In this document: in pieces, positions 39,962-50,500 of the stretch | Layout: the number at the start of each line of letters is the position of its first letter | Numbering within the stretch: the stretch's first letter is position 1 | Assembly: GCA_963849325.1 (NCBI GenBank) | Contig: CAWKHF010000010.1 | Location: 224,001-288,000 of the forward strand | DNA length: 64,000 nucleotides | Direction of reading: 5' to 3' | Source: an uncultured Planctomycetota bacterium | GTDB taxonomy: Bacteria > Planctomycetota > Planctomycetia > Gemmatales > Gemmataceae | Position numbers and translations under genes: made by a program | Notes under the pieces: model-generated | Databases searched by the model: none | Seen by the model: the letters and a program-made list of their open reading frames with translations, nothing else | What the model was told of the DNA's origin: nothing

Positions 39962-41458
39962 ATGGTTATGCGGAACTCCCTGCCCCTGCCGTTGCGGCGG
40001 CGCGTCGCGGCCCTGGTCTCGTCGGCCGCCTTGCTCGGCTGCCTGTTCGCGGCCGGCTGCGCGGCCATGACCAATCCGGGCGTGCAAGCCATCCCCGTGC
40101 GCCTGCTGCCGCCGGAGCTGCGCGGCAAAAGCGTCGAGGGGATGAAGCCGATCCCGCTCACTCTTCTGGGGCAAGAGAGACCGCAAAATTACCTGATCGA
40201 CGCCGGCGACGTGCTCGGCCTCTGGGTCGAAGGCGTCCTCGGCGATCACGGACAGCAGCCGCCGGTCCAACCGCCCGTGCGCCTCGACAACGTCGATCTG
40301 CCGCCCGCGACCGGCTATCCCATCCAGGTCCGCAAGGACGGGACCATATCCCTGCCCCTGATCGATCCTCTCAAGGTCGCCGGCATGACTTTCCAGGAGG
40401 CCGAGGACGCCATTCGCCGGACCTACATTGACCGCCAGATCCTCAAGGCCGGCCGCGCACGAATCCTCGTCAGCCTGATCCGTCCGCGGACGTACCATGT
40501 TCTGGTCCTTCGCCAGGACTCGCCCACTCCGATCCAAACCGTGGTCACCAGCCAGCTGGGCGGAGGTGGGCCGGAGTTCATCGGTGTCTCGCGGAAGGGG
40601 ACCGGCTGGGAGTTGACGTTGCCGGCTTACCAGAATGACGTGCTCACCGCCCTGGCCAAGACCGGCGGCTTGCCGGGGACCGACGCCGTCGATAGTGTCG
40701 TCGTCGAACGCAACGGTCAGCGGAGCCGCAATTGGGACCTCATCGCGCAAGAGTTCCAGGCCCAAGGTCCGCCCGCGTCCGTTCCCGGCGGCCCCATCAT
40801 GGAGATCCCGCTGCGCGTACGGCAGGGAACGATGCTGGGGTTCAAGGCCACGGACGTCATCCTCCACGATGGCGACGTCGTCTTCATCCCGGCCCGCGAG
40901 GAGCGGCTGTTCTTCACGGGCGGCCTGCTGGCGGCGGGGGAACACATTTTGCCTCGCGACCACGACCTCGACGTCCTGGAGGCCGTGGCGCGCGTCCGGG
41001 GTGTCATGTTCAACGGCGCCTTCTCCATGAGCAACCTGTCCGGCAACGTGCTGTTGCCGGGACTCGGTCAACCTTCGCCGAGTCTTCTGACCGTCGTTCG
41101 CCGCCTGCCGGGGTGCCGCGAGCAGGTTTCCATCCGCGTCGATCTCAACCGCGCCGTCAAAGACGCGCGGGAACGACTGCTGGTCCAGGCCGGCGACTTG
41201 CTCATTCTGCAAGAGACGCCGGCCCAGGGGATCGTCCGTTACGTCACCCAGGTGTTCGACGTGCCCTTCACCTGGAGGTTCCTGCAAACCTCGACGATGT
41301 TCGCCGGGACGACGTTCTCCGTCCCAGGCGGCGTGGCGCCGCAGACGATCAGTCCGATCGGCTTCGCCGTCAACCAGAGCAGCATCGTACAACAAAATGC
41401 GACCACCAGCGCGGTGACGCCGATTCAGACGCCTACGCCTACCCCTGCCGGTCGCTGA
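39962..41458 (+). CDS. Polysaccharide biosynthesis/export lipoprotein (Wza-like)
   Basis: Lipobox LFAAGC, YLIDAGDVLG, GYPIQVRKDGTISLPLI.PL.VAGMT, and SLBB-like DVLTALAKTGG. Start approximate. Confidence 0.88.
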   Translation: MVMRNSLPLPLRRRVAALVSSAALLGCLFAAGCAAMTNPGVQAIPVRLLPPELRGKSVEGMKPIPLTLLGQERPQNYLIDAGDVLGLWVEGVLGDHGQQPPVQPPVRLDNVDLPPATGYPIQVRKDGTISLPLIDPLKVAGMTFQEAEDAIRRTYIDRQILKAGRARILVSLIRPRTYHVLVLRQDSPTPIQTVVTSQLGGGGPEFIGVSRKGTGWELTLPAYQNDVLTALAKTGGLPGTDAVDSVVVERNGQRSRNWDLIAQEFQAQGPPASVPGGPIMEIPLRVRQGTMLGFKATDVILHDGDVVFIPAREERLFFTGGLLAAGEHILPRDHDLDVLEAVARVRGVMFNGAFSMSNLSGNVLLPGLGQPSPSLLTVVRRLPGCREQVSIRVDLNRAVKDARERLLVQAGDLLILQETPAQGIVRYVTQVFDVPFTWRFLQTSTMFAGTTFSVPGGVAPQTISPIGFAVNQSSIVQQNATTSAVTPIQTPTPTPAGR

Positions 41459-41461
41459 GGA

Positions 41462-41520
41462 AAAGTTCTGAGTTCTGAGTTCTGAGTGAATGGCACTCAG
41501 AACTCAGAACTCAGAACTTT
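41462..41520. repeat. Inverted heptamer tandem repeat (AGTTCTG)3, perfect 27-bp stem; likely bidirectional terminator
   Basis: AAAGTTCTGAGTTCTGAGTTCTGAGTG-aatgg-CACTCAGAACTCAGAACTCAGAACTTT between convergent wza and wecB. Confidence 0.92.
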
Positions 41521-42607
41521 GGAAGCGGTCGGCGATGGCGGTGGCGATTCGCGCGCTGGCCTTGCCGTCCCACAGGGAAGGAATGCGGCCGCGCTTGCCG
41601 CCCTCGCGCAAGATGCGGGCCACCTCCATGCGCAGCCGGTCCAGGTCGCGTCCGATCAACAGATTGCTACCCTGCTCGACGGTGATCGGCCTTTCGGTAT
41701 TCTCGCGCAGGGTCAGGCACGGGACGCCGAGAAACGTCGTCTCCTCCTGCATCCCGCCCGAGTCGGTGATGACCACGGTGGCGTGCTGTTGCAAGGCAAG
41801 GAAATCGAGATAGCCGACCGGATCGATCAGACGCGGCCCGGTCTCGCCGTCCGTGGCGGACGCGCTCGCCAGTCGCTGGCGCGTTCGCGGATGGACGGGG
41901 AAGACGACGGGCAGCCAGCCCGCGATGTCGCGCAGGGCGTCCACGATGCGCCCGAGGCTTTGCGGCTCATCGACGTTGGACGGCCGATGCAGCGTCACCA
42001 GGGCGTAGGGGTTGTCGCCCAAATCGAGGCGGGATCTCAGGGCCGGCCAGCGCTGCTCCGCCGTCGGCTGAAGCCGAACCAGCGTATCGATCATGACGTT
42101 GCCAACGAGGTGAATTTTCTCGACGGCGATCCCCTCGCGGCGCAGGTTCTCGTCGCCGTCGGGCGACGGCGTGAACAGCAGGTCGGCCAGCTGATCGGTC
42201 ACCAGCCGGTTGATCTCCTCCGGCATGGTGCGGTCGCCCGAGCGCAGTCCCGCCTCGACATGGCCGACGGGCACGAGCAGCTTGGCACACACCAGGGCCG
42301 CCGCCACGGTGGAATTGACGTCGCCATAAACGAGCACCAGGTCGGGCTTGCGTTCCAGGACCACCGGCTCGAAGCGGCTCATCACTTCCGCCGTCTGCCG
42401 ACTGTGGCTGCCGGAGCCGACCTCCAGGTTGACGTCCGGCCGCGGCAGGCCGAGTTGCTCGAAGAACACGTCCGACATGTTGGCGTCGTAGTGCTGCCCG
42501 GTGTGAACGAGGGTCTGCCGGGCGCCCGCGACCTCGGCCAGAGCGCGCAGCACGGGCGCGGCCTTCATGAAATTGGGGCGGGCGCCGACGACGTGGAGAA
42601 TGTGCAT
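41504..42607 (-). CDS. wecB: UDP-N-acetylglucosamine 2-epimerase (non-hydrolysing)
   Basis: VVGARPNFMK, HTGQHYD, VYGDVNST, HVEAGLRS, MPEEINR, TLHRPSNVD, TDSGGMQEE, RENTERP. Confidence 0.96.
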   Translation of the reverse strand: MHILHVVGARPNFMKAAPVLRALAEVAGARQTLVHTGQHYDANMSDVFFEQLGLPRPDVNLEVGSGSHSRQTAEVMSRFEPVVLERKPDLVLVYGDVNSTVAAALVCAKLLVPVGHVEAGLRSGDRTMPEEINRLVTDQLADLLFTPSPDGDENLRREGIAVEKIHLVGNVMIDTLVRLQPTAEQRWPALRSRLDLGDNPYALVTLHRPSNVDEPQSLGRIVDALRDIAGWLPVVFPVHPRTRQRLASASATDGETGPRLIDPVGYLDFLALQQHATVVITDSGGMQEETTFLGVPCLTLRENTERPITVEQGSNLLIGRDLDRLRMEVARILREGGKRGRIPSLWDGKASARIATAIADRFQSSEF

Positions 42608-43890
42608 GGTGGTTCAGCTCTTTCTCCCCTCTCCCCCGCTTCGGGAGAGAGGGGGGAGGAAACGGGACGAATCACCGACTCGAGAATATCCAGGTAGCGC
42701 CGGGCCAAGGCCCGGCGGTCGAACTGCTCCAGGACGAAGCGACGGCCGCGGCGTCCCATTTCCTCCAACTCCGCCCTGCGGCCGGCCAGCCGGCGGATGG
42801 TGTTCACCAGGGCCGGCACGTCCCCGGAGGGCACGTAGACACCGGCCTCCGCCGTCTCCACGACCTGCCGAGCCTCGCCGGCGACGTTGAGGAGGACGGC
42901 GCGCTCCATACCGAGATATTCAAAGATTTTGGAGGGCAGAACTTCCTGAAACAGCGGTGTGTTCCGCAGCATCACCAGGCCGAGGTCGCAGGCCGCGTAA
43001 AATAGCGGGATACGGCTTTTCGGCTGCTGATCGATAAAGCGGACGTTGGGCAGCTGAAGGCGGACGGCCTGACGTTTGAGGTTGTCCTTCTCCGCCCCCT
43101 CGCCGACGAAGACGAACAGCTTGTCCGGTTCGCCGCGCAGGGCGTCGGCCGCCTCCAGGACGTGATGCAGACCGTGGGCCATGCCGTGCGTGCCTACGTA
43201 CATGAGGACGAAGCGGTCCTCCCAGCCGTAGCGCTTGCGGACCTCGTTGTCCCGCGGGGACGGTACGAACAAGCTCGTGTCGATGCCGTTGCGCACGACC
43301 TCCATCTCGTGCTCGGGAATGCCGTATCGGCTGTGGATGCCGCGACGGTAGCCTTCGCCAACGGTGACAATCCGATCGCAGTGCTGGTACAGGAAGCAGG
43401 ACAGACGTTTCATGAGGCGAATGAGCGCGCTGTCCTTGAGGGCCTCGACCGCCAGGATGGATTCGGGCCAGAGATCGCGCACCTCGAAGACGAACGGGAC
43501 GCGCAAGGTCCGGGCCAAAAACCAGCCGACCGCGGCGCACAACAGCTGCGGCGAGGTGGCCACCACCACGTCCGGCTGCGGCACGCGCAGGCGGCCGATC
43601 GTCATGGCGGACAGCATGAACGAGGCGTAGGAGAGCATGCGCTTGAGCGTGCCCTTGTTCGCCGCGGCGTAGACGTAGGTGCGGAGCAATCGAATGCCGT
43701 CCACGCTCTCCTGCCGCGTCAGGACGCCCCGGTCGCGCGCGCGCCTTGAGGCCAGTCGGATGGTGAGCGAAGGCAGTCAGCACCGTCACGTCATGTCCCA
43801 GGCGGACCCATTCGCGCGACAGTTCATGGACGCGCGCGGCCGGGCGCCCATTTCCGGCGGGAAATATTGCGAGACATAGAGAATCCGCAT
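42565..43890 (-). CDS. Glycosyltransferase family 4 (WbuB-like), frameshifts in 5' part
   Basis: MRILYVSQYFPPE..., VVATSPQL, FEVRDLWPES, YVGTHG.AHGL, LPSKIFEY. 3' end uncertain because it runs into a repeat. Confidence 0.9.
42626..42654. repeat. Short REP-like hairpin CCCCTCTCCCC..GGAGAGAGGGG
   Basis: Imperfect palindrome at the GT4/wecB junction. Confidence 0.6.
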
Positions 43891-45686
43891 TAGGCCCCTT
43901 CCACCAACGTGAGGACTTCAACCGGCAAACCACTCTCGCGGTGCCAGCTCAGGCGCGTGCATTCGATTTCACGGCCGTACTCCGGGTGGTAGGGACGGCG
44001 CTGCGAACGCAGCTGGGTTCCTTCCGGTCCTCGCACGGTCACGCGCACGCGCTCCCCTCCGTTGGTCAGAAGCCATCCACCCCCGACAGCGGCCGCCGTC
44101 CATTCGGGTCCAAGGAGCAACCCTCCCTCGACCTGGTGTCGGCCGCACCCCTCGATGCGATCGAGGAGAAGAAACTTTCCATCCGCTCCGAGATCGAGAC
44201 GGCGCGTGTGTCGCGGCCGTCCCGGCAAGTGATCGTAGCCCGTATGCGATCCCGTCGCCCTCATTCCCGCTGACGAAAAAGCGACGTCTACGTCGCGCGG
44301 GTAGGCGCGGCGGCCAACACGGAAGATGTGCCACACCTCGCTCGAATCCTGTCCGTCGATGACCACCGTGTTGTGGGCAGCGGTCGAACGGTCGTAGCGG
44401 CGGCGCTCGTCGAGGTCGTAGGCATACGTACCCGGGTCCACGAACAGTCGCCGTCCCCGAAAGGAGCACTCAACGCCAAGCGAGTCCGCGTGAGCATGGC
44501 CCGGCTGGTAATCCGGACCGACCGGCCCGACGTCAAAAAATATAGCCCACGAATTATCGTGGTGAACGACTAGGCCCGTTTGCGGAAAGTAACGTCCACC
44601 CCGAGGGATGGCCGTATCGATGTCCACGCCGATGCACTTCCCGAGGCGCAGCATCCGCGTCACCGTGTCCGCTCCTTGCCGTCCGCCGTCGTTGAACAGG
44701 GCCAGGTCGCCGTCGGGATGGCGCATCCAGACGAGGGCGTCGGCCATGCGCCTCCATGTCTCGCGGAGCCGCGTCCGCGCGTCCTCGTCCTCTACCAACA
44801 GCACCAGGGACAGCAGATCTTCCATGACGTGGAGATGATACGTGGGGCTGCGCTCGAAGTGACCACCGTCGGAGAGCACCTGTTCGGCGGCCTGCTCGAC
44901 GGCCAGGCGGGTGGCCATCTTCAACCACTCCTCCGCCCTGTTCTCCGCGAAAAACCGCCCGGCCCAGGCCAGCCCAACTGCGTCGCGCATCAGGTGATTG
45001 CCACGCAAGTCCCATTCGAGATGATCGCGTAGGTAGGCGGCCTGCTGCCATAGGGAGGCGAGATAAACCGGCTTGAACCGTCTCCAATCGCTGCAACCGG
45101 CCGCGCCCAGCAACGGATAAGTCCGAATCCACCAGGTCAACCTTGTGGCGATGGCATAGGAGTTCCAGGCCAATTCCCGCGCCCCCGGAGCATCGAGCGC
45201 ACAATGGGACAACCAGTCGGACAAGTAATGGCAGCACAAGGCAACGGCCTCGGCGGTTTGCGAGCCGCCGACTGCTTGCCGTGCCAGGTCATAAATCCAG
45301 GCGTGATAATGGAGGGTGATGGCCCACAAGCGCTGGGTGGACACCGAACCGAGTCGCCAGTCGGGATTATCATACTCGAACTTATGAGCTTGATTCAGCA
45401 GTTGTAACATCCCCCCAGACAATAAACGTCCATGCGCATCCCGCTCTATCTCATGGAAACGCGGTAATACCGGGAAATCCTCGTGCAAACGGGGCGGTCG
45501 ATCTCCGCCCCAGCGCCAGCGTCCGAGTGCTTTCGCGCTGGCCTTCCGCCGGCGTTCCCAAGCATAATGAATCCTCCAACCCAGTTGGGGCAGGGTTAAA
45601 TGACTCATTGTCCGGTAATAAGGTCCGAGTGCCTTCATACGGCTATTACAATTCGCAAGGTAAAAAGTCATGTCGCGGCCCGGCAC
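43890..45686 (-). CDS. Heparinase II/III family protein
   Basis: LHYHAW, HLEWDLRGNHL, QVLSDGGHFERSPTYH, GHAHADSL, VDPGTY.Y, RSTAAHNTV.IDG. Confidence 0.92.
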   Translation of the reverse strand: MPGRDMTFYLANCNSRMKALGPYYRTMSHLTLPQLGWRIHYAWERRRKASAKALGRWRWGGDRPPRLHEDFPVLPRFHEIERDAHGRLLSGGMLQLLNQAHKFEYDNPDWRLGSVSTQRLWAITLHYHAWIYDLARQAVGGSQTAEAVALCCHYLSDWLSHCALDAPGARELAWNSYAIATRLTWWIRTYPLLGAAGCSDWRRFKPVYLASLWQQAAYLRDHLEWDLRGNHLMRDAVGLAWAGRFFAENRAEEWLKMATRLAVEQAAEQVLSDGGHFERSPTYHLHVMEDLLSLVLLVEDEDARTRLRETWRRMADALVWMRHPDGDLALFNDGGRQGADTVTRMLRLGKCIGVDIDTAIPRGGRYFPQTGLVVHHDNSWAIFFDVGPVGPDYQPGHAHADSLGVECSFRGRRLFVDPGTYAYDLDERRRYDRSTAAHNTVVIDGQDSSEVWHIFRVGRRAYPRDVDVAFSSAGMRATGSHTGYDHLPGRPRHTRRLDLGADGKFLLLDRIEGCGRHQVEGGLLLGPEWTAAAVGGGWLLTNGGERVRVTVRGPEGTQLRSQRRPYHPEYGREIECTRLSWHRESGLPVEVLTLVEGA

Positions 45687-46552
45687 ACGATCGCATAACT
45701 CGAAAAGTCAGGGCTGATTTCGTCCGGCCGCAATCGATCTCCGATGCCTCCATCATCACGGAGGGCGAAGACAGCGTATCCCATCGATTCCACTTGACGG
45801 AGAAGGTCCGCACTGGATTTGCCGAGAGCGGCGAGGTATGTCGATTCCACTTCCATCAACAGGTCCGGGCGGAACCGAGCGAGGGTTCGTTCGCCGCCCT
45901 GGAGAAAGAGCGGTTCGGCCCCTTGAATGTCGATTTTGGCGAAATCCAACCGCTCTAATCGGGACGTTTCCGCGAATTCATCGAGCGTCATCGTCCGGAC
46001 ATCGATCCGCCCGTCAAGTGCATCGTCATTTTGCAGCGCGACGGACCCTATCCCCTGATTGGAAGAATCCTCGTCCGTGATGGACATGGAGATCGTTCCC
46101 GTTTGGTCGGACAAGGCAATGGCATGAAGGCGCACAATGCTTTGAAATTGATTGCGCTCGACATGCTGCTGCAGACGCCGGAATACGTGGGGAACGGGTT
46201 CAAAACAGTGGACAACACCCGTTACCCCCGTCCTCCGGGCAAGATGAAGGCTGACGACCCCGATATTGGCCCCCACGTCCAGGCAAACCATACCCGGCCG
46301 GACGTGCTTGTCGATATAGTTTGCGGTCTGCGGATCATAAATGCCGAAGGCGATGATGTTGTAATCAATGAGGAAATGGGGATGCACCAGAAATTCGTTG
46401 TCGTATCGGTCGCGGTGCCAGCGAAAATCCGAGGCGAACACTTTTCTCTTGCCGTACGCCTTTCGGGCCAGCCAATGCGTGATCCGCCTCGGTGGGATGC
46501 CGCCGAACGGCTTGCCGACTCGAGCGAGCAATTGAAATGCTGTCGCGTACAT
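45668..46552 (-). CDS. FkbM family methyltransferase
   Basis: CLDVGANIG, HCFEP, ALSD, TLDEF, KIDIQGAE. Confidence 0.92.
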   Translation of the reverse strand: MYATAFQLLARVGKPFGGIPPRRITHWLARKAYGKRKVFASDFRWHRDRYDNEFLVHPHFLIDYNIIAFGIYDPQTANYIDKHVRPGMVCLDVGANIGVVSLHLARRTGVTGVVHCFEPVPHVFRRLQQHVERNQFQSIVRLHAIALSDQTGTISMSITDEDSSNQGIGSVALQNDDALDGRIDVRTMTLDEFAETSRLERLDFAKIDIQGAEPLFLQGGERTLARFRPDLLMEVESTYLAALGKSSADLLRQVESMGYAVFALRDDGGIGDRLRPDEISPDFSSYAIVCRAAT

Positions 46553-46583
46553 CGATTCTCTCCTCCGAAGGTCCACGAACAGG

Positions 46584-48763
46584 TCAAGGACCATCCGTCC
46601 CCTTTTCCGGCTGTCCCATTTCTTGCGCCACCTCGAACGGAACGCCTTCCCGGATGCTGCGCACGGCGAGGATGGAGGCGAGCGAAACCGCCCGCAGCTC
46701 CTCCCAGGGAATCGGGCACGGTCCACCCTCGGCGAGGGCCGTGGCGAAGGCTATTACCTCCTCGCGGTGTCCCTTGTCTTGCTGCCAGGCGCGGGACTTC
46801 TTCGTCTTGCCGCTGGCGCAGGTGATGACCGTGCGGAAGTCGTCGAGGACGGCCAACCGGCCGCCGCCCAGGATCTCGACGCGCTCCTTGGGGAACGCCT
46901 TATCGCCTCCGGCGAGGTAGGCGATGTTCGACACCGAACCGTTGGCATGGCGCAGAGTGAGGAAGCACTGATCGTCCGTGATGGCGGGAGCGTTGGGCCC
47001 GCCGACGGATTCAGCGAAGACGCGCACCGGCGGCGAGCCGGTGAGGAAGGTGGCCAGGTCGATCGCGTGGCACGCCTCGCCGACGATGCGGCCGCCGCCA
47101 ATCCGTTCGTCCTGCGTCCAGTGCTCTGCGGAGATCGGGCCCGCGTTGAAGCGGATGGACACGGTCAATGGAACTTGGACCTTGGCGAAAAACGGCTTCA
47201 CCTGCATGGCCGCAGGAGAAAAGCGGCGGTTGAAGCCGACCATCAGAAGCAGCCCCTTGGCCGCGTTGAGGGCGACTTCGATTTGCCCTAGCTCCTCCAC
47301 GGTGAGGGCGAGCGGCTTTTCGACGAACACGTGTTTGCCCGCGCACGCGCCTTGACCACCTGGCCGGCGTGCTGGTCGTGCCGCGTCAGGATGAAGACCG
47401 CACGCACGCCGGGATCCTGGAAAACCTCGTCTTCCTCGGCGGTGGCGGCCTCGAAGCCGAGTTTCTCACCGCTGTGGACGGCGGACAGTCCATTGGCCGA
47501 GCACAGAATGCGCGGATGCAGTGTGCCGCTCTTGCGGAGGGCCGGCAGCAGTACCATGCGGGCGAAGTTGCCGGCGCCCAGACAGCCGACTCCCACCTTG
47601 CCCTTCGTAAGAGGGAGCGTGGCGCGCAGCTCGACACGGCGATCGAGAGGACGCGATTCGACGTCCGGGTATTCCAGGGCGATGGCCACATACGGTTCGC
47701 GGCCCTCCTCGATCACCCGGTACGCCGTCTCCGCAACGGTAATGGGGAAGCGATGGGTGAGGAGCGGCGACAGGTCGAGCCGGCCGGCGGCCATCAGATC
47801 CAGCACCGCCTGCATGTTGCGCTGCTCCGTCCAGCGCACGTGCGCCGGCGGGTAATCGTGGCCGCGCTCCTCATACTCGGGGTCGTAGCGACCCGGGCCG
47901 TAGGAGCACGAAACGACGAATTCTGCCTCCTTGAAGTAGTACGGCCGTCGCGGCAGATGGAGGCCGACGGCGCCGACGGCCACGACGCGCCCCTTCGGAC
48001 GCACCGCCTCGCCGGCCAGGGCGACCGGTCCATCCGACGGTGTCGAGGCGGTCAGCAATACGGCGTCGGCCCCAAGCCCATGCGTCAACTCGCCGACCAG
48101 CCCGGCCCCCAGGCCAGGCTCCGCACACTCCGCGCCCATGCGCAGCGCCAGCCGGCACTTGTCCGCGTCGAGGTCGGTGCCGAGCACCCGGCAGCCGGTC
48201 GCACGCAGCAGGGCGACCGTGATTTGTCCGATCAGGCCCAGGCCAATGACGAACGCCGTCTCGCCCAGGCCGACGCGGGCCAGACGAACGCCCTGCAAGG
48301 CAATGGCGCCGAGCACGGTGAAGGCGGCACGATCGAAAGGCACCCCATCGGGGACGTGGGCGCACAGGTTTTTCGGTACGCAGACGATGCCGGCGTGCGG
48401 CCCGTTGGAGGCGACGCGCTCACCGGGCTTGAACGACTGCACGCCGGCGCCGCAGGCCAGCACGACGCCGGCGGAGGAATAGCCCATCGTCATCGGCTCG
48501 TCCAGCTTCTCCCGCACCTGCCGCAGCGTCTGAAAAAACCCCTCGTTCCGCAGCTTTTCCAGCACGCGGCGGACGTGGTCCGGCCGCGCGCGGGCCTTGC
48601 CCAGCAGCGACTTGCTCGCCAGTTCCAGGACCATCTTCTCGGTCCCGGCCGAGATGATCGAGCAGGCGTTGGCGATGAGCACGTGGCCGGGACGGGCCAC
48701 CGGGTCGGGGACGATCCCGACCCGCCGTTCGCCGTTTCGGATGTTTTGAATGAGTTGGTACAA
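46584..48763 (-). CDS. Bi-domain oxidoreductase (Zn-binding dehydrogenase + Gfo/Idh/MocA), frameshift near 47340
   Basis: SIISAGTE, GYSSAG, GLGLIG, SCSYGPGRYDP.YEE.G.DYP..VRWTEQRN; then GAGNFA, FVEKPLA, VGFNRRFSP, GGRIVGEACH.ID. Confidence 0.92.
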
Positions 48764-48781
48764 GGTAGTCTCGCCGAGGGT

Positions 48782-50473
48782 TCACAATAGGGACGAGCGG
48801 ACGCCGACCTTCTTGTGGGCGACGGCCAACAGGAGCGATCCCACCAACCTCCGCCGCTGGAGCCGGCGCGGAAAGGGACCGCCGAAAACGACCATCGATC
48901 GGACATCGAAATCGAATTCCTCCAGAAAGCGCCGTAACCCTCTATGGCAATACTCATGTTTCGACAGCTCCAGGTAGCGCGGCCACGGCCGGCCCAGCGT
49001 GCGGGAAGCGCGGAATACGGAGACGAGGGCGCCGCGCAGGAGGGATTGTCGATTCGGCGCTGTCAGGAGCAAGACGCCGCCTGGCTTCAGCGTCCGCGAC
49101 AGCTCCGACAAACAGCGCGAAGGGCTATCGACGTATTCCAGGACGCTCGAACACAGGATGCCGTCGAACGCTCCATCCTCGAAAGGAAGGCGCTCGATGG
49201 TCTCGACATGCTGGAAGGACGGCTCCTCCGCAAGACCTTCGGTTCGGGCCATCTGGCGAGCGATCGCGAGCATGGAGGAGGAGGCATCGACTCCGCGCAC
49301 CCGGCACCCCTTGCGGGTCAGCAACCGGGAGAACCGGCCCGTGCCGCAGCCGGCATCGAGCCAGGTTGTTCCCTCCAACTTCAGATCTTCCAGGCAGCGA
49401 GCGATCAGGCGCTCCCGACTGGCGAAGGAACCCTTCTGATACTTGCCCTCCCACTGGTTGGCGAGCGCCTGATGATGCTGGATCGCCGGATGCATGTCCG
49501 GTCCCGTCCCAGCGCCGGGTCCGACGTCGTCCGGGTTGAGGCGATGGTCCTGCCTCGGCGTGGCATCGACCTGTTGCTGCAATTCGCTGCGAGCGACGAC
49601 GGGATGCGGAGCGCCTCGCGGCGGCCAGAGGATGACAGGCAACTGGCCCGTCGTTCGATGCTCGACCCGTTTCAGATCGATCCAGTACAGGAAGGCCGCA
49701 TACAGAAGCGCGTAGCGGAAGCCGGCCAGTCCATCCAGTAAACCCAGTCGCACGAAGTAGCGGTACAGAAAATACAGCAGGGCGCGTCCGGGTAAGCGGT
49801 AATACAGCTTGCGGAGTCTCATGCGCCGCTCGACGGGTGAGCCGAACAGACGGGGCTTGATGTCTCCGGTCAGGTTGCCGCGGATGAGGCTGATCGCCTC
49901 CAGCGAGGAATAACGGTTGTGCTTGTCGAGCCAGTCGGAAATCGACTTGTAATCGTGGTGTTCGACGTAGCTTTTCAGGAAAGCGGTTCGCCCTTGCACC
50001 ACGGCATGTTCGTTGACCGGCCGCTCCTCGAAGACGGCCCGGCCGGTGCGCCAAAGCCGCAGGTCATGGTTGCTCCGGGCGCCCCCGAAGCGGAGGGGAG
50101 AGCCGAGGAAGAAGAGACGGCGGCGGAACAGAACGCCGTGAAGGTCCGGCGGCGCGGTGCGCGTCAGCCGATCCACCTCCTCCTGGAACTCCGGCGTGAC
50201 GCGCTCATCGGCGTCGAGCTTGAGGGTCCATTCGGCGCGGACGGGAAGGCGTGACAAGGCCCAGTTCCACTGCGCCGAGTAGTTCTCGAAGCGATGCTGG
50301 ACCACGCGCGCGCCGTCGGCCTCGTAGGCCAGGGCGATCTCGACGGTTCGATCGGTGCTGTAGGAATCGACGACGAAGACCTCCGTGGCCCAGCCCTTGA
50401 CCGAGTCGAGGGCGGCGGCGAGGTTCGCCTCTTCGTTGAACGTCAGGATTATGACCGCGAGCGATGGCTTCAT
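48782..50473 (-). CDS. GT2 glycosyltransferase fused to a class I SAM methyltransferase
   Basis: IILTFNEE, VVDSYSTD.T and LDADE in the N-terminal part; LDAGCGTG, GVDASS, LPFEDGAFD, LKPGG in the C-terminal part. Confidence 0.88.
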   Translation of the reverse strand: MKPSLAVIILTFNEEANLAAALDSVKGWATEVFVVDSYSTDRTVEIALAYEADGARVVQHRFENYSAQWNWALSRLPVRAEWTLKLDADERVTPEFQEEVDRLTRTAPPDLHGVLFRRRLFFLGSPLRFGGARSNHDLRLWRTGRAVFEERPVNEHAVVQGRTAFLKSYVEHHDYKSISDWLDKHNRYSSLEAISLIRGNLTGDIKPRLFGSPVERRMRLRKLYYRLPGRALLYFLYRYFVRLGLLDGLAGFRYALLYAAFLYWIDLKRVEHRTTGQLPVILWPPRGAPHPVVARSELQQQVDATPRQDHRLNPDDVGPGAGTGPDMHPAIQHHQALANQWEGKYQKGSFASRERLIARCLEDLKLEGTTWLDAGCGTGRFSRLLTRKGCRVRGVDASSSMLAIARQMARTEGLAEEPSFQHVETIERLPFEDGAFDGILCSSVLEYVDSPSRCLSELSRTLKPGGVLLLTAPNRQSLLRGALVSVFRASRTLGRPWPRYLELSKHEYCHRGLRRFLEEFDFDVRSMVVFGGPFPRRLQRRRLVGSLLLAVAHKKVGVRSSLL

Positions 50474-50500
50474 GTCGGGTCCGTTCGTCTCCACAACAGG

